Positions 18,882-29,728 of a stretch of DNA of 55,676 bases are shown here, one piece after another. Every line of letters begins with the position of its first letter. Positions within the stretch are counted from its first letter, which is position 1. The stretch is from the NCBI GenBank assembly GCA_947053645.1, contig CAMRTM010000004.1, positions 1 to 55,676 of the forward strand, written 5' to 3'. The notes beneath the pieces were generated by a model. The model was not told the DNA's origin and made no database searches. It worked only from the letters and a program-made list of their open reading frames with translations. The position numbers were made by a program, and so were the translations under genes. Origin of the DNA: an uncultured Bacillota bacterium (lineage in GTDB: Bacteria; Bacillota; Clostridia; Christensenellales; UBA1242).

Positions 18882-20393
18882 TTATGGATTATATTCACTT
18901 GGGCTTAACTTCTCTATTTTGTTTTTTATTCGCTCCTCACTTTCACTGGTTACTCTTTGTGCTGGAATTAGTTTTACATTACTTGCTGGAAGAGTCATCC
19001 CCTCTCCAAGGCTTTCTTTTCCTTCAACTATAAGTCCACTTTGTGGATAGTAATAATCATGGCGTACCATTTTTTCCTCTACTACCTTTCCATCTTCAAG
19101 ATATTGCACATATCCTTTTGACTCATAACCTTCGCGCGGATATTTTAATCTATGATATTCACCTTTATATAACACATAATTTGTATACTCGCCATTTTCA
19201 TCTTGTATAATTTTGTCGCCATCATGAGGCAAAATTTTTACAAACTCTGCTCGAGTTTTTATCGACTTTCCTTCTTCAAATGGCTGACCATATATCTCGA
19301 CATGGGCGGTAGTATCATCGCCATACGCTTTAATATAGATTGGAGAATCTAATGTGTTTTTAAATACTAAATCCGCATAACCTTCACTTACCATGGCATC
19401 AAAGGAAAGTGGAACATACGAGGCTGGAAGAGAGTGATGAGAGGATGCAAGAACTTCTACATCAGCAAGAAGAAGCGCATTGTATAAAGTCGTAGACGCT
19501 TGACATACGCCACCACCTGCACCTGACACATAGACTCCATTCATAATAATATTCGCTTTTTTATAGCCATTTTCTACGGTACGGGGCCCAGTTACAGCAT
19601 TAAAGGAAACCTCTTCTCCAGAAGCAATTATCTTACCGTTAAAGGCAGAAAGTGCTTTTTTTACATTGCTTTTTCTGTCATTTGAAGAGGTGGCGTAACT
19701 TGTTTGAAAACTTGATCGAAGGGTAATCTGCTTAAGCAAAGCCTCTTTGTCGAGTTTAGGCACAACTTCAGTGGTAGGTATCTCTATTGTCACCTTATTT
19801 GCTTCTTTTAATGCTTCATCAAGTTTAGTGTTTAATTCATCTCTATCTACTTTTAGTGCATTTTTGCCCTCTTCAACTGAAAACATCTTCTCGCTATTCG
19901 GATTGAACACTACTTGTGCATTCTCTGCATTTGTTTCCACCTTGGCTATAATATCTTCAAGTTTATCTTCTATTCCGCCAAGGACATTTTTATAGGAGAT
20001 ATTGACATTAAGTCCTTCTTTTTTCACCTTGTTTTCAATCTTCTTTTTCGCAAAGATATTTCCACTGCGCCCATAACTTAAAACCTGTGAAATAGGCTCT
20101 GCAATTGAATTTTTTACTTCAAATTCGCTTCCTTTTAGGGACCACTTCTCCCCACTACATGTAAGAGTAATTTCAATATCATCTCTTTTTTCTAACATCT
20201 TACTTGATACAATTTCTTCTGCCTCTTTACTTGTAAGACCTGAAACATTTACACCATTGATATGTGTATTTTCATAAAAAGTGGTACTTTCATTAAGTCC
20301 ATCACCAAAATAAAATTGACAAAATAATAACAGTCCTACCGCTATAATAGATACACCCATAAGCCAAATAATTGAAGATTTTTTCTTTGCCAT
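18882..20393 (-). CDS. VanW family protein with PG-binding and G5-like domains
   Basis: SFNAVTGPRT..NGY, GGGVCQASTTLYNA and HHS motifs. Confidence 0.88.
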   Translation of the reverse strand: MAKKKSSIIWLMGVSIIAVGLLLFCQFYFGDGLNESTTFYENTHINGVNVSGLTSKEAEEIVSSKMLEKRDDIEITLTCSGEKWSLKGSEFEVKNSIAEPISQVLSYGRSGNIFAKKKIENKVKKEGLNVNISYKNVLGGIEDKLEDIIAKVETNAENAQVVFNPNSEKMFSVEEGKNALKVDRDELNTKLDEALKEANKVTIEIPTTEVVPKLDKEALLKQITLRSSFQTSYATSSNDRKSNVKKALSAFNGKIIASGEEVSFNAVTGPRTVENGYKKANIIMNGVYVSGAGGGVCQASTTLYNALLLADVEVLASSHHSLPASYVPLSFDAMVSEGYADLVFKNTLDSPIYIKAYGDDTTAHVEIYGQPFEEGKSIKTRAEFVKILPHDGDKIIQDENGEYTNYVLYKGEYHRLKYPREGYESKGYVQYLEDGKVVEEKMVRHDYYYPQSGLIVEGKESLGEGMTLPASNVKLIPAQRVTSESEERIKNKIEKLSPSEYNP

Positions 20394-20456
20394 TTTGTCC
20401 TCTTATGTGTAGTATGAATATTTTAATAAAAAAATATGCAAGTGTCCACCTGCATA

Positions 20457-22883
20457 TTATTTCTTCCTTTTTAGTTTAGTTAGCATCTTTTGCCCAAATG
20501 CAATCAACTGTTTTCTGAATAAAATATAAAGTAATATTATTCCTGCAGAGTAACCCATTATGATTCCAAACAGTTTCCACACTTCACCAGTATAATCTGT
20601 CAACATAAATAAATCGCCTTTTATTAATATTGCTGCCACTATTAAGACAACGCTGGAAACCATAGCAAGAATTCGCATCTTCGTAAGCGGGAAGCATAGT
20701 GAGATTAAATTTAGATAACCTGTAAAGGTAAGCACCATTACAAGTAGTGTGATGTACTGCGAGTCGGTAAGACTGACAATTTCTGTTTCATGCAAAATCA
20801 TTACAATTATTATGTTTATAAATATCAATAATGCCCGTGGAATCGACCTTTTAAAGACCTGAGGCATAAAATCACCTTTAATTAGGTTATCGTTTGGCTC
20901 TAATGTAAGTATAAATGACGGCAGTCCTATAACAAACATTTCAAGAAGAAGCATATTTACCGTCTGGAATGGATATCCAGCGCTACTACGCCATGCCAAA
21001 GTCACTAAGGTGAGAAGTATTGCAAAAAATGTTTTCATCACAAAGAGAGAGGAAGAGTTCTGCACATTATTGACAACCTGCCGTCCCTCTCTAACTACTG
21101 AAGGAAGTGAAGTAAAATTAGAATCCATAAGCACAAGTTTTGATATACTCCTTGCAACCTCACTGCCATCCGCCATAGCAATACTGCAATCCGCTTCTTT
21201 CAGCGCAAGAGTGTCGTTAACTCCGTCACCTGTCATGGCAACAACATTCCCCTGTTTTTTAAGGGTCTTTACAAGCACATATTTCTGCTCGGGTGTTACC
21301 CTGCCGAATACAGTGTATTCATTTACAAGGCTTTCAACCTCTTCAACACTGTGATTTTCAAGAGAAATATATTTGTCGCTGTTTTCCACCCCTACACGCT
21401 GTGCAATCTTTGCAACCGTTGCTGGGTCATCGCCTGAAATTATCTTTATTTGGACATCATTAGATTTAAACCACTCTATTGTTTCTATCGCCTTTTCACG
21501 AATATGCTCTTCTAAGGAAATTAACGCAAGGAGTTTGCTCTCACTCCCCTCCATATCTTCACTAAATTTTCCTTCACATTCAGTGAGTGCTATTACGCGC
21601 AACCCCTTTGACGCTTGGGAAGAAATATACTCCTTTTGCTTAGGCGTAAGATGACACTTTATTCGTGTTACCGCTCCTAAGAAATATATCTTTCCTTCTT
21701 CAAGTTCTGTTATTGAATATTTACGCTGAGATGAAAATTCAAGTTTATTGACCGCAGTTACACTGTCATCCAAGCCATATTCTTTTGTTAAGGCAATTGA
21801 AGTGGCATTTTTAGATTTTTGATTGAATAATACCTGCGACAATATCTTTTTTGCATCCTTTTTACCAAAGGTCTTAAGTTCTACCACATCCATAGTTCCG
21901 TCGGTGATTGTTCCAGTTTTATCTAGACACAGAACATTGGTGCGAGCAAGCATCTCTATTGAATATAAATCTTTGACTAAAGTCTTTTTTCTAGCAAGTT
22001 TTACTACACCCACAGCAAGACCTACCGTGACAAGAAGAAACATTCCAGCGGGAATCATACTTGTCAGCGCACCGCTTGTATATTCTACTACACTTTTTAT
22101 TGTGCTTTCTGCTTTGCTCCATTGGCTCCACACCGTTAAAGCACCTATTGGCACAAGGATAATTCCAATATACTTAATAAACCTATTCAAGTCTTTAAAC
22201 AGGTTTGACTGTGGGGCTTTAAACTCTTTAGCCTTTGCTGCCATTTGATAAATATAATTTTCCTTACCCACCTTCTCCACTCTTGCATAACATAGACCAG
22301 AAACAAGGAAACTTCCGGATAAAAGAGGGTCATCAATGGATTTTACTATTGCATTTGACTCGCCTGTAAGCAGGCTTTCATTTACCTCCACCTTTCCATC
22401 TACTATTATACAATCGGTAGGAATTTGGTCACCGCTAGATAAAATCATAATATCGTCTAAAACAAGATCATCCGATAATATTTCAATTTCCTGTCCATCA
22501 CGCACCACTCTGATTTTTGGCGCAGTGACAAGGGACATTTTTTCCACCGTGCGTTTTGCCCTTATCTCTTGGAATATGGCAAGAGCAGTGTTAAGCACTA
22601 TCACAACTAAAAATAAAAGATTGCTATAAGATTCAACGCAAATAAGTGCGACTGCAATTATAAGCCAAATAAAATTGAAAAATGTGAAAATATTTTTAGC
22701 AAATATAGAAAAATATGATTTTGACGCCTTAATTTTAGTGTTATTGGTAAGTTTTAATGCTTTTCTTTCTTCAACCTGACTCTCAGTCAGTCCAAAATCT
22801 TTAGTTGAAAAAAATCTTACAATATTTTCTAATTGCAAGTTTTTTTGCTTTTTCATTCTATTTTTTTTCTTTTCCTTAACCAT
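20457..22883 (-). CDS. Cation-translocating P-type ATPase (CtpE-like)
   Basis: LTGES, DKTGTIT, ISGD and GDGVND motifs. Confidence 0.9.
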   Translation of the reverse strand: MVKEKKKNRMKKQKNLQLENIVRFFSTKDFGLTESQVEERKALKLTNNTKIKASKSYFSIFAKNIFTFFNFIWLIIAVALICVESYSNLLFLVVIVLNTALAIFQEIRAKRTVEKMSLVTAPKIRVVRDGQEIEILSDDLVLDDIMILSSGDQIPTDCIIVDGKVEVNESLLTGESNAIVKSIDDPLLSGSFLVSGLCYARVEKVGKENYIYQMAAKAKEFKAPQSNLFKDLNRFIKYIGIILVPIGALTVWSQWSKAESTIKSVVEYTSGALTSMIPAGMFLLVTVGLAVGVVKLARKKTLVKDLYSIEMLARTNVLCLDKTGTITDGTMDVVELKTFGKKDAKKILSQVLFNQKSKNATSIALTKEYGLDDSVTAVNKLEFSSQRKYSITELEEGKIYFLGAVTRIKCHLTPKQKEYISSQASKGLRVIALTECEGKFSEDMEGSESKLLALISLEEHIREKAIETIEWFKSNDVQIKIISGDDPATVAKIAQRVGVENSDKYISLENHSVEEVESLVNEYTVFGRVTPEQKYVLVKTLKKQGNVVAMTGDGVNDTLALKEADCSIAMADGSEVARSISKLVLMDSNFTSLPSVVREGRQVVNNVQNSSSLFVMKTFFAILLTLVTLAWRSSAGYPFQTVNMLLLEMFVIGLPSFILTLEPNDNLIKGDFMPQVFKRSIPRALLIFINIIIVMILHETEIVSLTDSQYITLLVMVLTFTGYLNLISLCFPLTKMRILAMVSSVVLIVAAILIKGDLFMLTDYTGEVWKLFGIIMGYSAGIILLYILFRKQLIAFGQKMLTKLKRKK

Positions 22884-23000
22884 ATTTCTTTTTATTAGTA
22901 TAATAATCTATTATTTCATTGTCAAATCTATCGCTAATAAGTTTGACATTATTTATAAAAATAAGTATTCTATATGTATATTAATAAAAAAGAGGATAAA

Positions 23001-24233
23001 ATGAAAATTGAGATTTCTTCAAATTTAAAAAATCTTTCAAAACTTTTTCCATCTGAACTTTTTATTGTGGGTGGTTTCGTAAGAAATAGTTTACTTGGCA
23101 TTGACCTTGTAGATGTTGACTTGTGCAGCAGTCTTACCCTTGACAAGGTAGCCAAACTTTTAGAAGGTTCTCCTTTTAGTTTTAAAATAAAAAGCAAAAC
23201 TCTTGGCACCGCACTTATAACCATCGAAAACGAATGTTATGAATACTCGGTTTTTAGAAAAGAATACTATGGAGAAAACGGACAACACTCCCCTGAAAAG
23301 GTAGAATTTATTACTGATATTCAAGAAGATGCCAAACGCAGAGATTTTACAATTAATGCTATATATTATGACATTAACAAGGATGAGATAATTGATTTTT
23401 ATCATGGCGTTGAAGATATTAAAAACAAAATATTACGCACAGTTGAAACCCCTGAATTTGTTTTATCTAAAGACGGGGCTAGACTTCTTAGACTTTTTAG
23501 ATTTCAATGTGAACTGGGATTTAAAATTGAAAAAGAAACCTTACTTACCGCTTTAAAGTATGCAGGCAATGTAAAAGCAATTTCAAACGAACGAAAGCTG
23601 AACGAAATGGGCAAAATTATAAACAGCAGCTCACGCTATTCCATTTCAAAACCTAATGCTTTTATGAGAGCCTTTAAACTTTTCAATCGTTATCAAGTTT
23701 GGCCTAGTTTTGGACTTGACACACCTAAAGTTAAATTTAACATGATTAAAAAGGTGGAGCAAAAAGCCTATGGACTTTTAATTGATATAATTGACACTGT
23801 GAACCCAATAAGCGTTTCCTATTATCTTGAGCGGCTTCTTGCCGATATAGGTCTGTCAAAGAAAGCAATGGCTTTATCAATTAATATTCTTTCTGGCTAC
23901 TATGCCGCCCTAAATAAAGAAAGCAACAAGCCATATTTCTTCAAGTACTTTGACAACTTCCCTATTATCTGCCAACTTATAAACAAAAAATCAAAACTTC
24001 TTTCTATGAAATATGAATTTTTCTACAAATATATTATAAGTCATAAACTTGTGATAAGCATAAAGGATTTACAAATAACTGGCGATGATATTAAAAAACA
24101 TTATCCAGAGGTAAATCCAAAAAGATATAAGGCTATTCTTGAGAGTCTATTAAGTGATGTCTTTGACTGCAAACTTATCAACAACAAAAAAGAACTTATA
24201 GCGGCTGTCAATCAAAAATTAAAATATTTATAA
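23001..24233 (+). CDS. Class II tRNA nucleotidyltransferase (CCA-adding family)
   Basis: VGGFVRN, DVDL and DAKRRDFTINA motifs; ATG at 23001 with SD GAGGA. Confidence 0.85.
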   Translation: MKIEISSNLKNLSKLFPSELFIVGGFVRNSLLGIDLVDVDLCSSLTLDKVAKLLEGSPFSFKIKSKTLGTALITIENECYEYSVFRKEYYGENGQHSPEKVEFITDIQEDAKRRDFTINAIYYDINKDEIIDFYHGVEDIKNKILRTVETPEFVLSKDGARLLRLFRFQCELGFKIEKETLLTALKYAGNVKAISNERKLNEMGKIINSSSRYSISKPNAFMRAFKLFNRYQVWPSFGLDTPKVKFNMIKKVEQKAYGLLIDIIDTVNPISVSYYLERLLADIGLSKKAMALSINILSGYYAALNKESNKPYFFKYFDNFPIICQLINKKSKLLSMKYEFFYKYIISHKLVISIKDLQITGDDIKKHYPEVNPKRYKAILESLLSDVFDCKLINNKKELIAAVNQKLKYL

Positions 24234-24234
24234 T

Positions 24235-24261
24235 AAAAAAACGGGGTTTCCCCGTTTTTTT
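24235..24261. terminator. Bidirectional terminator
   Basis: A-tract-CGGG-GTTT-CCCG-T-tract. Confidence 0.6.
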
Positions 24262-24925
24262 ATTTGTAATTTTCTAAATTTTCAAAGATTGGATATGTGT
24301 TTGCGTTTACTTTGATTGTTGTCACACTTTTTCTTTTTGTTCCATTCAGAGAAGTAAGATTGCCTTCAACCGCAAAATAGAAGGTAACCTCTTGGACACC
24401 ATTTTCATCACTAAAAGCAAAGTATACAGTATCATAGGTAATTTTATTCTGTGTAAAGAATTTACTATATTCATACGCTGAGCCATCTTTTCTATATAAG
24501 GTTTGTGGAGCATTATAATATAGTTTCACATAATTAGCACCTAGACGGCTGCTTAAAGATGAAGAAGTTTCAATAAATTCATTCGCAGTTTCATCTATTG
24601 TATAATTCCCGAAGTTTCCACTGAATAATGCTGTCAAAGTATTTATACTAAAGGAACTATTATATGCTTCTACAAAGTCAGTATAATTCTCGCTTTGTGA
24701 ATTTAGATGTATTGAACCACTTGTGATTTGGTCGGTAACTATTGTAATTTCATCTGCTTCCTTAATAAAATGTGGTTTAAGATTGATATTCACGCATGAC
24801 ATTATAATTATTGCAAGAGCAATTACTAATGTAATTGACATTGCCACTATTAAGCCTATCTTTTTTCTTTTAATTCTAAGGCGTAGGTACTCATCATCAA
24901 TATTTCTTGTCTCTATATTCTCCAT
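24260..24925 (-). CDS. Hypothetical membrane-anchored protein
   Basis: Single N-terminal TM; immediately downstream of ftsH. Confidence 0.6.
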   Translation of the reverse strand: MENIETRNIDDEYLRLRIKRKKIGLIVAMSITLVIALAIIIMSCVNINLKPHFIKEADEITIVTDQITSGSIHLNSQSENYTDFVEAYNSSFSINTLTALFSGNFGNYTIDETANEFIETSSSLSSRLGANYVKLYYNAPQTLYRKDGSAYEYSKFFTQNKITYDTVYFAFSDENGVQEVTFYFAVEGNLTSLNGTKRKSVTTIKVNANTYPIFENLENYK

Positions 24926-24927
24926 GT

Positions 24928-27168
24928 CTATTCCCCTTTACCGTCATCTTTCTTTATTCTTGTGCGTTTCGGCTTATCAATCTTTTCCTCATCTGTCTTT
25001 TTAGGCGTCACTTTTTTCACTGTTTTCTTTTCTACTATTTTCTTTTCCACTGTAGGTTTTTCTTCTGTCTTTTTCATTTCTTGCTGAGGATTTTTATATC
25101 TTTCAAATTCATCTTTTATCGCTTGATACTCCTCTTTAGTTATAATTCCGCTTGCAAGAAGTTTTTCGCCTTCTTTCACCTTTCTTTCATAACTTAATAG
25201 AAGTTCCTTTTCCTCACGCTCTTTTTGGAGTTTTACTTCCTTCTCACGCTGTTCCTTATCGCGTTTTTCCATTATTTCTTGGATTTCTTCGCTGCTTTTT
25301 CCTTCCATTAACATATCAACTTCATCTTTATTGATAGTTTCTCTTGCAAAGAGAAGTTTTACCATTTCATGCAATAGATTGACATTGTCATTAAGTATTT
25401 TCTTAGCACGCTTATAATTGTACTCTAAAATATTCCTTATTTCATCGTCAGCCTCTGCTGCAAGTTTTTCAGAAAACTCATTCTTAGTTTGATAATCTCT
25501 TCCAATAAATACCTGCTGACTTGAGTCAAGTGAAAGGAATCCCAAGTTTTTACTCATACCATATCTGTATATCATATCATGAGCAATTTTTGTGGCTTGA
25601 TTTATATCACCTACAGCACCTGTCGTGATATCTTTAAAGATAATTTCTTCTGCAATACGCCCACCCATGCACATTGCAATCTCGTCCATAAGATAGTTGT
25701 AGCTTCTATGAGAGTTATCATTATCTGGACGCTGCATAGTGTAGCCGCCTGCCATTCCTCTTGGAATGATTGATACTTCTTGAATCTCGTCACAATATTG
25801 AAGTTTTTTACCTAATATTGCATGACCGGCTTCATGATACGCAGTAATTTTCTTATCTTTTTCAGTGATGAGTCTACTTTTCTTTTGTGGACCCATTGTC
25901 ACCTTATTGATTCCTTCAGTAATATCAGACATGATAATTTTTGGCCTATTTGCCCTTGCGGCAAGAATCGCTGCTTCATTAAGCATATTTTCAATATCTG
26001 CACCAGTAAAGCCTACCGTGATTTTAGCAAGTGTTTTAAAGTCAATGTTATCGTCAAGTGGTTTGTTTTTAGAATGAATTTTAATAATTCCCTCTCTTCC
26101 TTTCACATCAGGTATATTAACATACACTTGCCTATCAAATCGACCCGGACGCATAAGTGCTGGATCAAGTACATCGCTTCTGTTTGTTGCAGCGAGGACA
26201 ATTATTCCTTCATTTGGTTCAAATCCGTCCATCTCTACAAGAAGTTGATTTAAGGTTTGCTCTCTTTCATCGTTGCCACCGCCAAGACCTGCACCACGCT
26301 GTCTACCTACAGCGTCAATTTCGTCAATGAAAACTATACATGGTTTATTCTTCTTTGCTTGGTCAAACAAATCTCTTACCCTGCTTGCACCAACGCCGAC
26401 AAACATTTCCACAAAATCAGAACCGCTTATGGTGATGAATGGCACATTTGCCTCACCTGCTACCGCCCTTGCAAGAAGTGTTTTTCCTGTTCCTGGAGGG
26501 CCTACAAGGAGTATTCCCTTAGGTATTCTTGCACCGAGATTAGTAAACTTTCTTGGATTCTTTAAAAACTCTACAATTTCTTCGAGTTCTTGTTTCTCTT
26601 CGTCGCTGCCTGCAACATCATTGAATTTTACTTTATTAGAAGTATATGCCCTTGCCTTACTCTTTCCAAAGGTCATCGCTCCCTTATTGGAATTTGAAAA
26701 CATTCTGAATACCATCCAAATTAGGAAGATGCCGAATCCTATATAAAGGATTGGATAGAGTATATCCCAGAAGGATATGCCGTCAGGCTGTGTTGCAACT
26801 TGTATATCAATTTCAAGTGTTTCATCAGCATTCGCTGTATTTATTTTTTGTAGAAGTCTTTCTATAATTCCATCTGTACCATTTTTATCATAATAAAAAT
26901 AATAGTCAGAGTGACTTGGGAAATGCCCTACATTTTTAGAATCTTTTAACAAAATATAGCCAATGCCATCCTTATAATAGAACGCAATCATCTGCTCATG
27001 CTTATTATTCTTATCTCTTCCCGTGATTAACTGTTCAACCTCAGCCTCGCCACCAGCAAGAAACTCACCTTTCGAACCATTGTTTGTAAAAATTAAGCAT
27101 AACAAAAGTACGATTGCAACTAAAAGTATTATATAGGAAAATTTAAATTTAGATTTATTCTCTTCCAA
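24928..27168 (-). CDS. ftsH: ATP-dependent zinc metalloprotease FtsH
   Basis: [19 protein letters not shown] and HEAGH motifs. Confidence 0.97.
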   Translation of the reverse strand: MEENKSKFKFSYIILLVAIVLLLCLIFTNNGSKGEFLAGGEAEVEQLITGRDKNNKHEQMIAFYYKDGIGYILLKDSKNVGHFPSHSDYYFYYDKNGTDGIIERLLQKINTANADETLEIDIQVATQPDGISFWDILYPILYIGFGIFLIWMVFRMFSNSNKGAMTFGKSKARAYTSNKVKFNDVAGSDEEKQELEEIVEFLKNPRKFTNLGARIPKGILLVGPPGTGKTLLARAVAGEANVPFITISGSDFVEMFVGVGASRVRDLFDQAKKNKPCIVFIDEIDAVGRQRGAGLGGGNDEREQTLNQLLVEMDGFEPNEGIIVLAATNRSDVLDPALMRPGRFDRQVYVNIPDVKGREGIIKIHSKNKPLDDNIDFKTLAKITVGFTGADIENMLNEAAILAARANRPKIIMSDITEGINKVTMGPQKKSRLITEKDKKITAYHEAGHAILGKKLQYCDEIQEVSIIPRGMAGGYTMQRPDNDNSHRSYNYLMDEIAMCMGGRIAEEIIFKDITTGAVGDINQATKIAHDMIYRYGMSKNLGFLSLDSSQQVFIGRDYQTKNEFSEKLAAEADDEIRNILEYNYKRAKKILNDNVNLLHEMVKLLFARETINKDEVDMLMEGKSSEEIQEIMEKRDKEQREKEVKLQKEREEKELLLSYERKVKEGEKLLASGIITKEEYQAIKDEFERYKNPQQEMKKTEEKPTVEKKIVEKKTVKKVTPKKTDEEKIDKPKRTRIKKDDGKGE

Positions 27169-27288
27169 AACAAAAGCCTCCTTATTTTTTCTTTACTTGC
27201 TATTTTAACATAAATAATTTTTTAAAACAACAAATCAATAGGGCTTTTGCAAAATTTTATGTCATTAAAATTGTTTTTTTGAATTTTA

Positions 27289-28650
27289 CTAGTCTGGTTG
27301 CACCTTAATTACAAGTTCAAAATTCATAAAGTTTAGAAAATCGTCAGGGTCATCAAGGCTTCTTAAAAACTTTCTAAATTCTTTTTTATTCTCCCTTTCA
27401 AACTTTTGCGTAACACCTATAACATCTGTTTTATTCTTTCTTAGTACTTTTAGTGTATCTTGAAAGCGACTTTTTAAAAACTGCTCTACCTTTCCTGCTA
27501 CTTCCTCTGAAATATCACTTAATTCTGTATTTGTACGAATATTTGTTTCTCCTTCCTTTCCCTCTACAAGTTCAAGTCCAAGAATAACATCTATCCTAAA
27601 TATTGGGTGTCCGTTTTCAAATTTTGTTGTTATCTTGACTCTTTTATTCTTTACAGTATATGTAAGCATGGCATCTTGATAACTTTCGTCGGTGACATTT
27701 TCAATAGTTATAGTTCTATCTATCGCATTGCCGTTTATGATATTGATTCCATGAAGTTGTTCGGTTGAAAGTTTATCCACCATTATTCCGTTTTTAATTA
27801 GTACTACCTCCCCACTATTCAATACCTTTTTATCTGAATTACCACTTTGGGAGCTTGAACCTGAAGAGCCACCCGAGCTGGCTTGTGATGAGCTATAACC
27901 AGAAACTTCATCTTGAGCATCTATTCCGCTTTCACCACCACTTTCTTCGCCTTGGCCACCTGAATTTTGGTTGCCGCCACTCTGTCCACCGCCACTTTGA
28001 TTTCCGCCTTGGCTGGAGTCCGCTTGACTTTTTTCCTCTCCTTCACCTGAGGCAAGTTTTAAATAACCTATAATTGAAGAGCCTGTTTGGCTGTAATAAC
28101 CTTTGAAAAACGCTTCAACCGAGGTGTCTGTAACATAGACATTATCTACATTATAGGATATGAGTTCTTCAAGTTTGAGCCCTATATCCTTTTCAAGAGT
28201 TTGTGCGGCAAGCAAAAATTCCTTTGCAGGATTATCGGTGCAAATTAAAATAGTATTTTCTGATAGTGACGCAACTCGTCCTAGATAATCAATATCTTTT
28301 GCAATATCATCCTGCATAAGTTTGGTACTTATCACCGTTGTCTTAGCATGAGATAGGCAGACTTTTTTACCAAGCGTCAAACCCGCATTTGATATCGCTT
28401 CCGCCACCGATTTACCTTTACCTGTCACTACCGAATTGGTTTCAAGATAAGTTTGATTTGCGGTGGGAATAAAGGTCAAGAGTGAAACCTCATATTCCTC
28501 ACCAAGTTTATCTACACCTACCGCTGTGACTATAGAACATCTTGTACTTTCCCCTGGGGAAAACAATGCAAAAGGAGCAAAAAATACTAAAATTACTAAA
28601 AACACAAGCAGCATTGGATTTTTTTTGAATCTGTTAATAATTTTTTTCAT
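27289..28650 (-). CDS. Germinant receptor subunit C (Ger(x)C)
   Basis: IVTAVGVDK, G.SVAEAI...LGKK..LSH; third gene of the ger operon. Confidence 0.75.
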   Translation of the reverse strand: MKKIINRFKKNPMLLVFLVILVFFAPFALFSPGESTRCSIVTAVGVDKLGEEYEVSLLTFIPTANQTYLETNSVVTGKGKSVAEAISNAGLTLGKKVCLSHAKTTVISTKLMQDDIAKDIDYLGRVASLSENTILICTDNPAKEFLLAAQTLEKDIGLKLEELISYNVDNVYVTDTSVEAFFKGYYSQTGSSIIGYLKLASGEGEEKSQADSSQGGNQSGGGQSGGNQNSGGQGEESGGESGIDAQDEVSGYSSSQASSGGSSGSSSQSGNSDKKVLNSGEVVLIKNGIMVDKLSTEQLHGINIINGNAIDRTITIENVTDESYQDAMLTYTVKNKRVKITTKFENGHPIFRIDVILGLELVEGKEGETNIRTNTELSDISEEVAGKVEQFLKSRFQDTLKVLRKNKTDVIGVTQKFERENKKEFRKFLRSLDDPDDFLNFMNFELVIKVQPD

Positions 28651-29728
28651 ATTTCACCCCTTTCTTTTTGGGTAATGCCATGAAAAATATCATAAGTGGA
28701 ATAAGATAGTTTGTTACAAGTGCCAAATATGGAAGCCAGCTTCTAGTATAAAGCAACATATTTTCATACCTTCCAACTAAAATCACATAAACTATTAAAA
28801 ATATTACATCAAATACCGCTACGCTATACGCACGATTTAATTTATGAAAGACATTACAAAATGCCTCACTAAAACCGAATGCAAATATGGAAAGTTGAAA
28901 ATAACTTAGAAACATTATTGTTAACATAGCAATAACATCAAGTCTTCCCACTGAATTAGACTGATTTGAAGCAGAAAGTATATCTGTAAGAGCGTTATTA
29001 TGCATAAAAGCTGTGATTTGATAGATGGAATAAAAGAGAAAGAAGATTGAAAGTACAAAGAAAATTCCTATACCTGCAAACTTTAAAATCTGTTTTCCTT
29101 CTTTTTTCTCCATTTTTATCTTATCGATTATCAAAAAGAGAAATATATAATCGCCAAAAGTGAAAATGTGCTTAAACGCAGAATTAAAGAATTCTGGCAC
29201 TGATGTATTGAAAAAATATGGCATTCCTTGATTATTGACTAGTGCAACCGCAAGGCAGATTAAAACGCCCGCACTTATAGCATAGAAATATAACTCTATG
29301 GTGCGTGAGAAGGAGCGCAATCCAGTCACAACCGCATGATTTACCACTGGTATTACACTTATTAGAGCAAGCAATGCAAACTCATCTTGATAAACCTGAC
29401 CTTTTAAATAGGCATATACTACTGAATAAGTTAAAAGCACCTTAAATAGGAAGAAAAACATTAAAACTATGTAGATTAACTTTGAAAAAAACTTTCCGAT
29501 ATGTTTTTCTAGTATGTAATTAAGTGTATTATTGGGATACTTTGCCTTAAGCATAAAAAATGTAGTAAGGACAAATAAATCTACAATAAATAGCATTAGT
29601 GCCACAAAAAATCCGTCCGATTTTGCACCTTCATAAATAAGTGACGGAAGTAAAAATATTTTATTTGCAAGAACTAATACCGCACATATCATTCCCGCTT
29701 GTCTTGCACTTATTGTTGTATCTTTCAT
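28634..29728 (-). CDS. Germinant receptor subunit B (GerAB family)
   Basis: TISARQ N-terminus, about 10 TM segments, GRLD motif, operon position. Confidence 0.78.
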   Translation of the reverse strand: MKDTTISARQAGMICAVLVLANKIFLLPSLIYEGAKSDGFFVALMLFIVDLFVLTTFFMLKAKYPNNTLNYILEKHIGKFFSKLIYIVLMFFFLFKVLLTYSVVYAYLKGQVYQDEFALLALISVIPVVNHAVVTGLRSFSRTIELYFYAISAGVLICLAVALVNNQGMPYFFNTSVPEFFNSAFKHIFTFGDYIFLFLIIDKIKMEKKEGKQILKFAGIGIFFVLSIFFLFYSIYQITAFMHNNALTDILSASNQSNSVGRLDVIAMLTIMFLSYFQLSIFAFGFSEAFCNVFHKLNRAYSVAVFDVIFLIVYVILVGRYENMLLYTRSWLPYLALVTNYLIPLMIFFMALPKKKGVKYEKNY

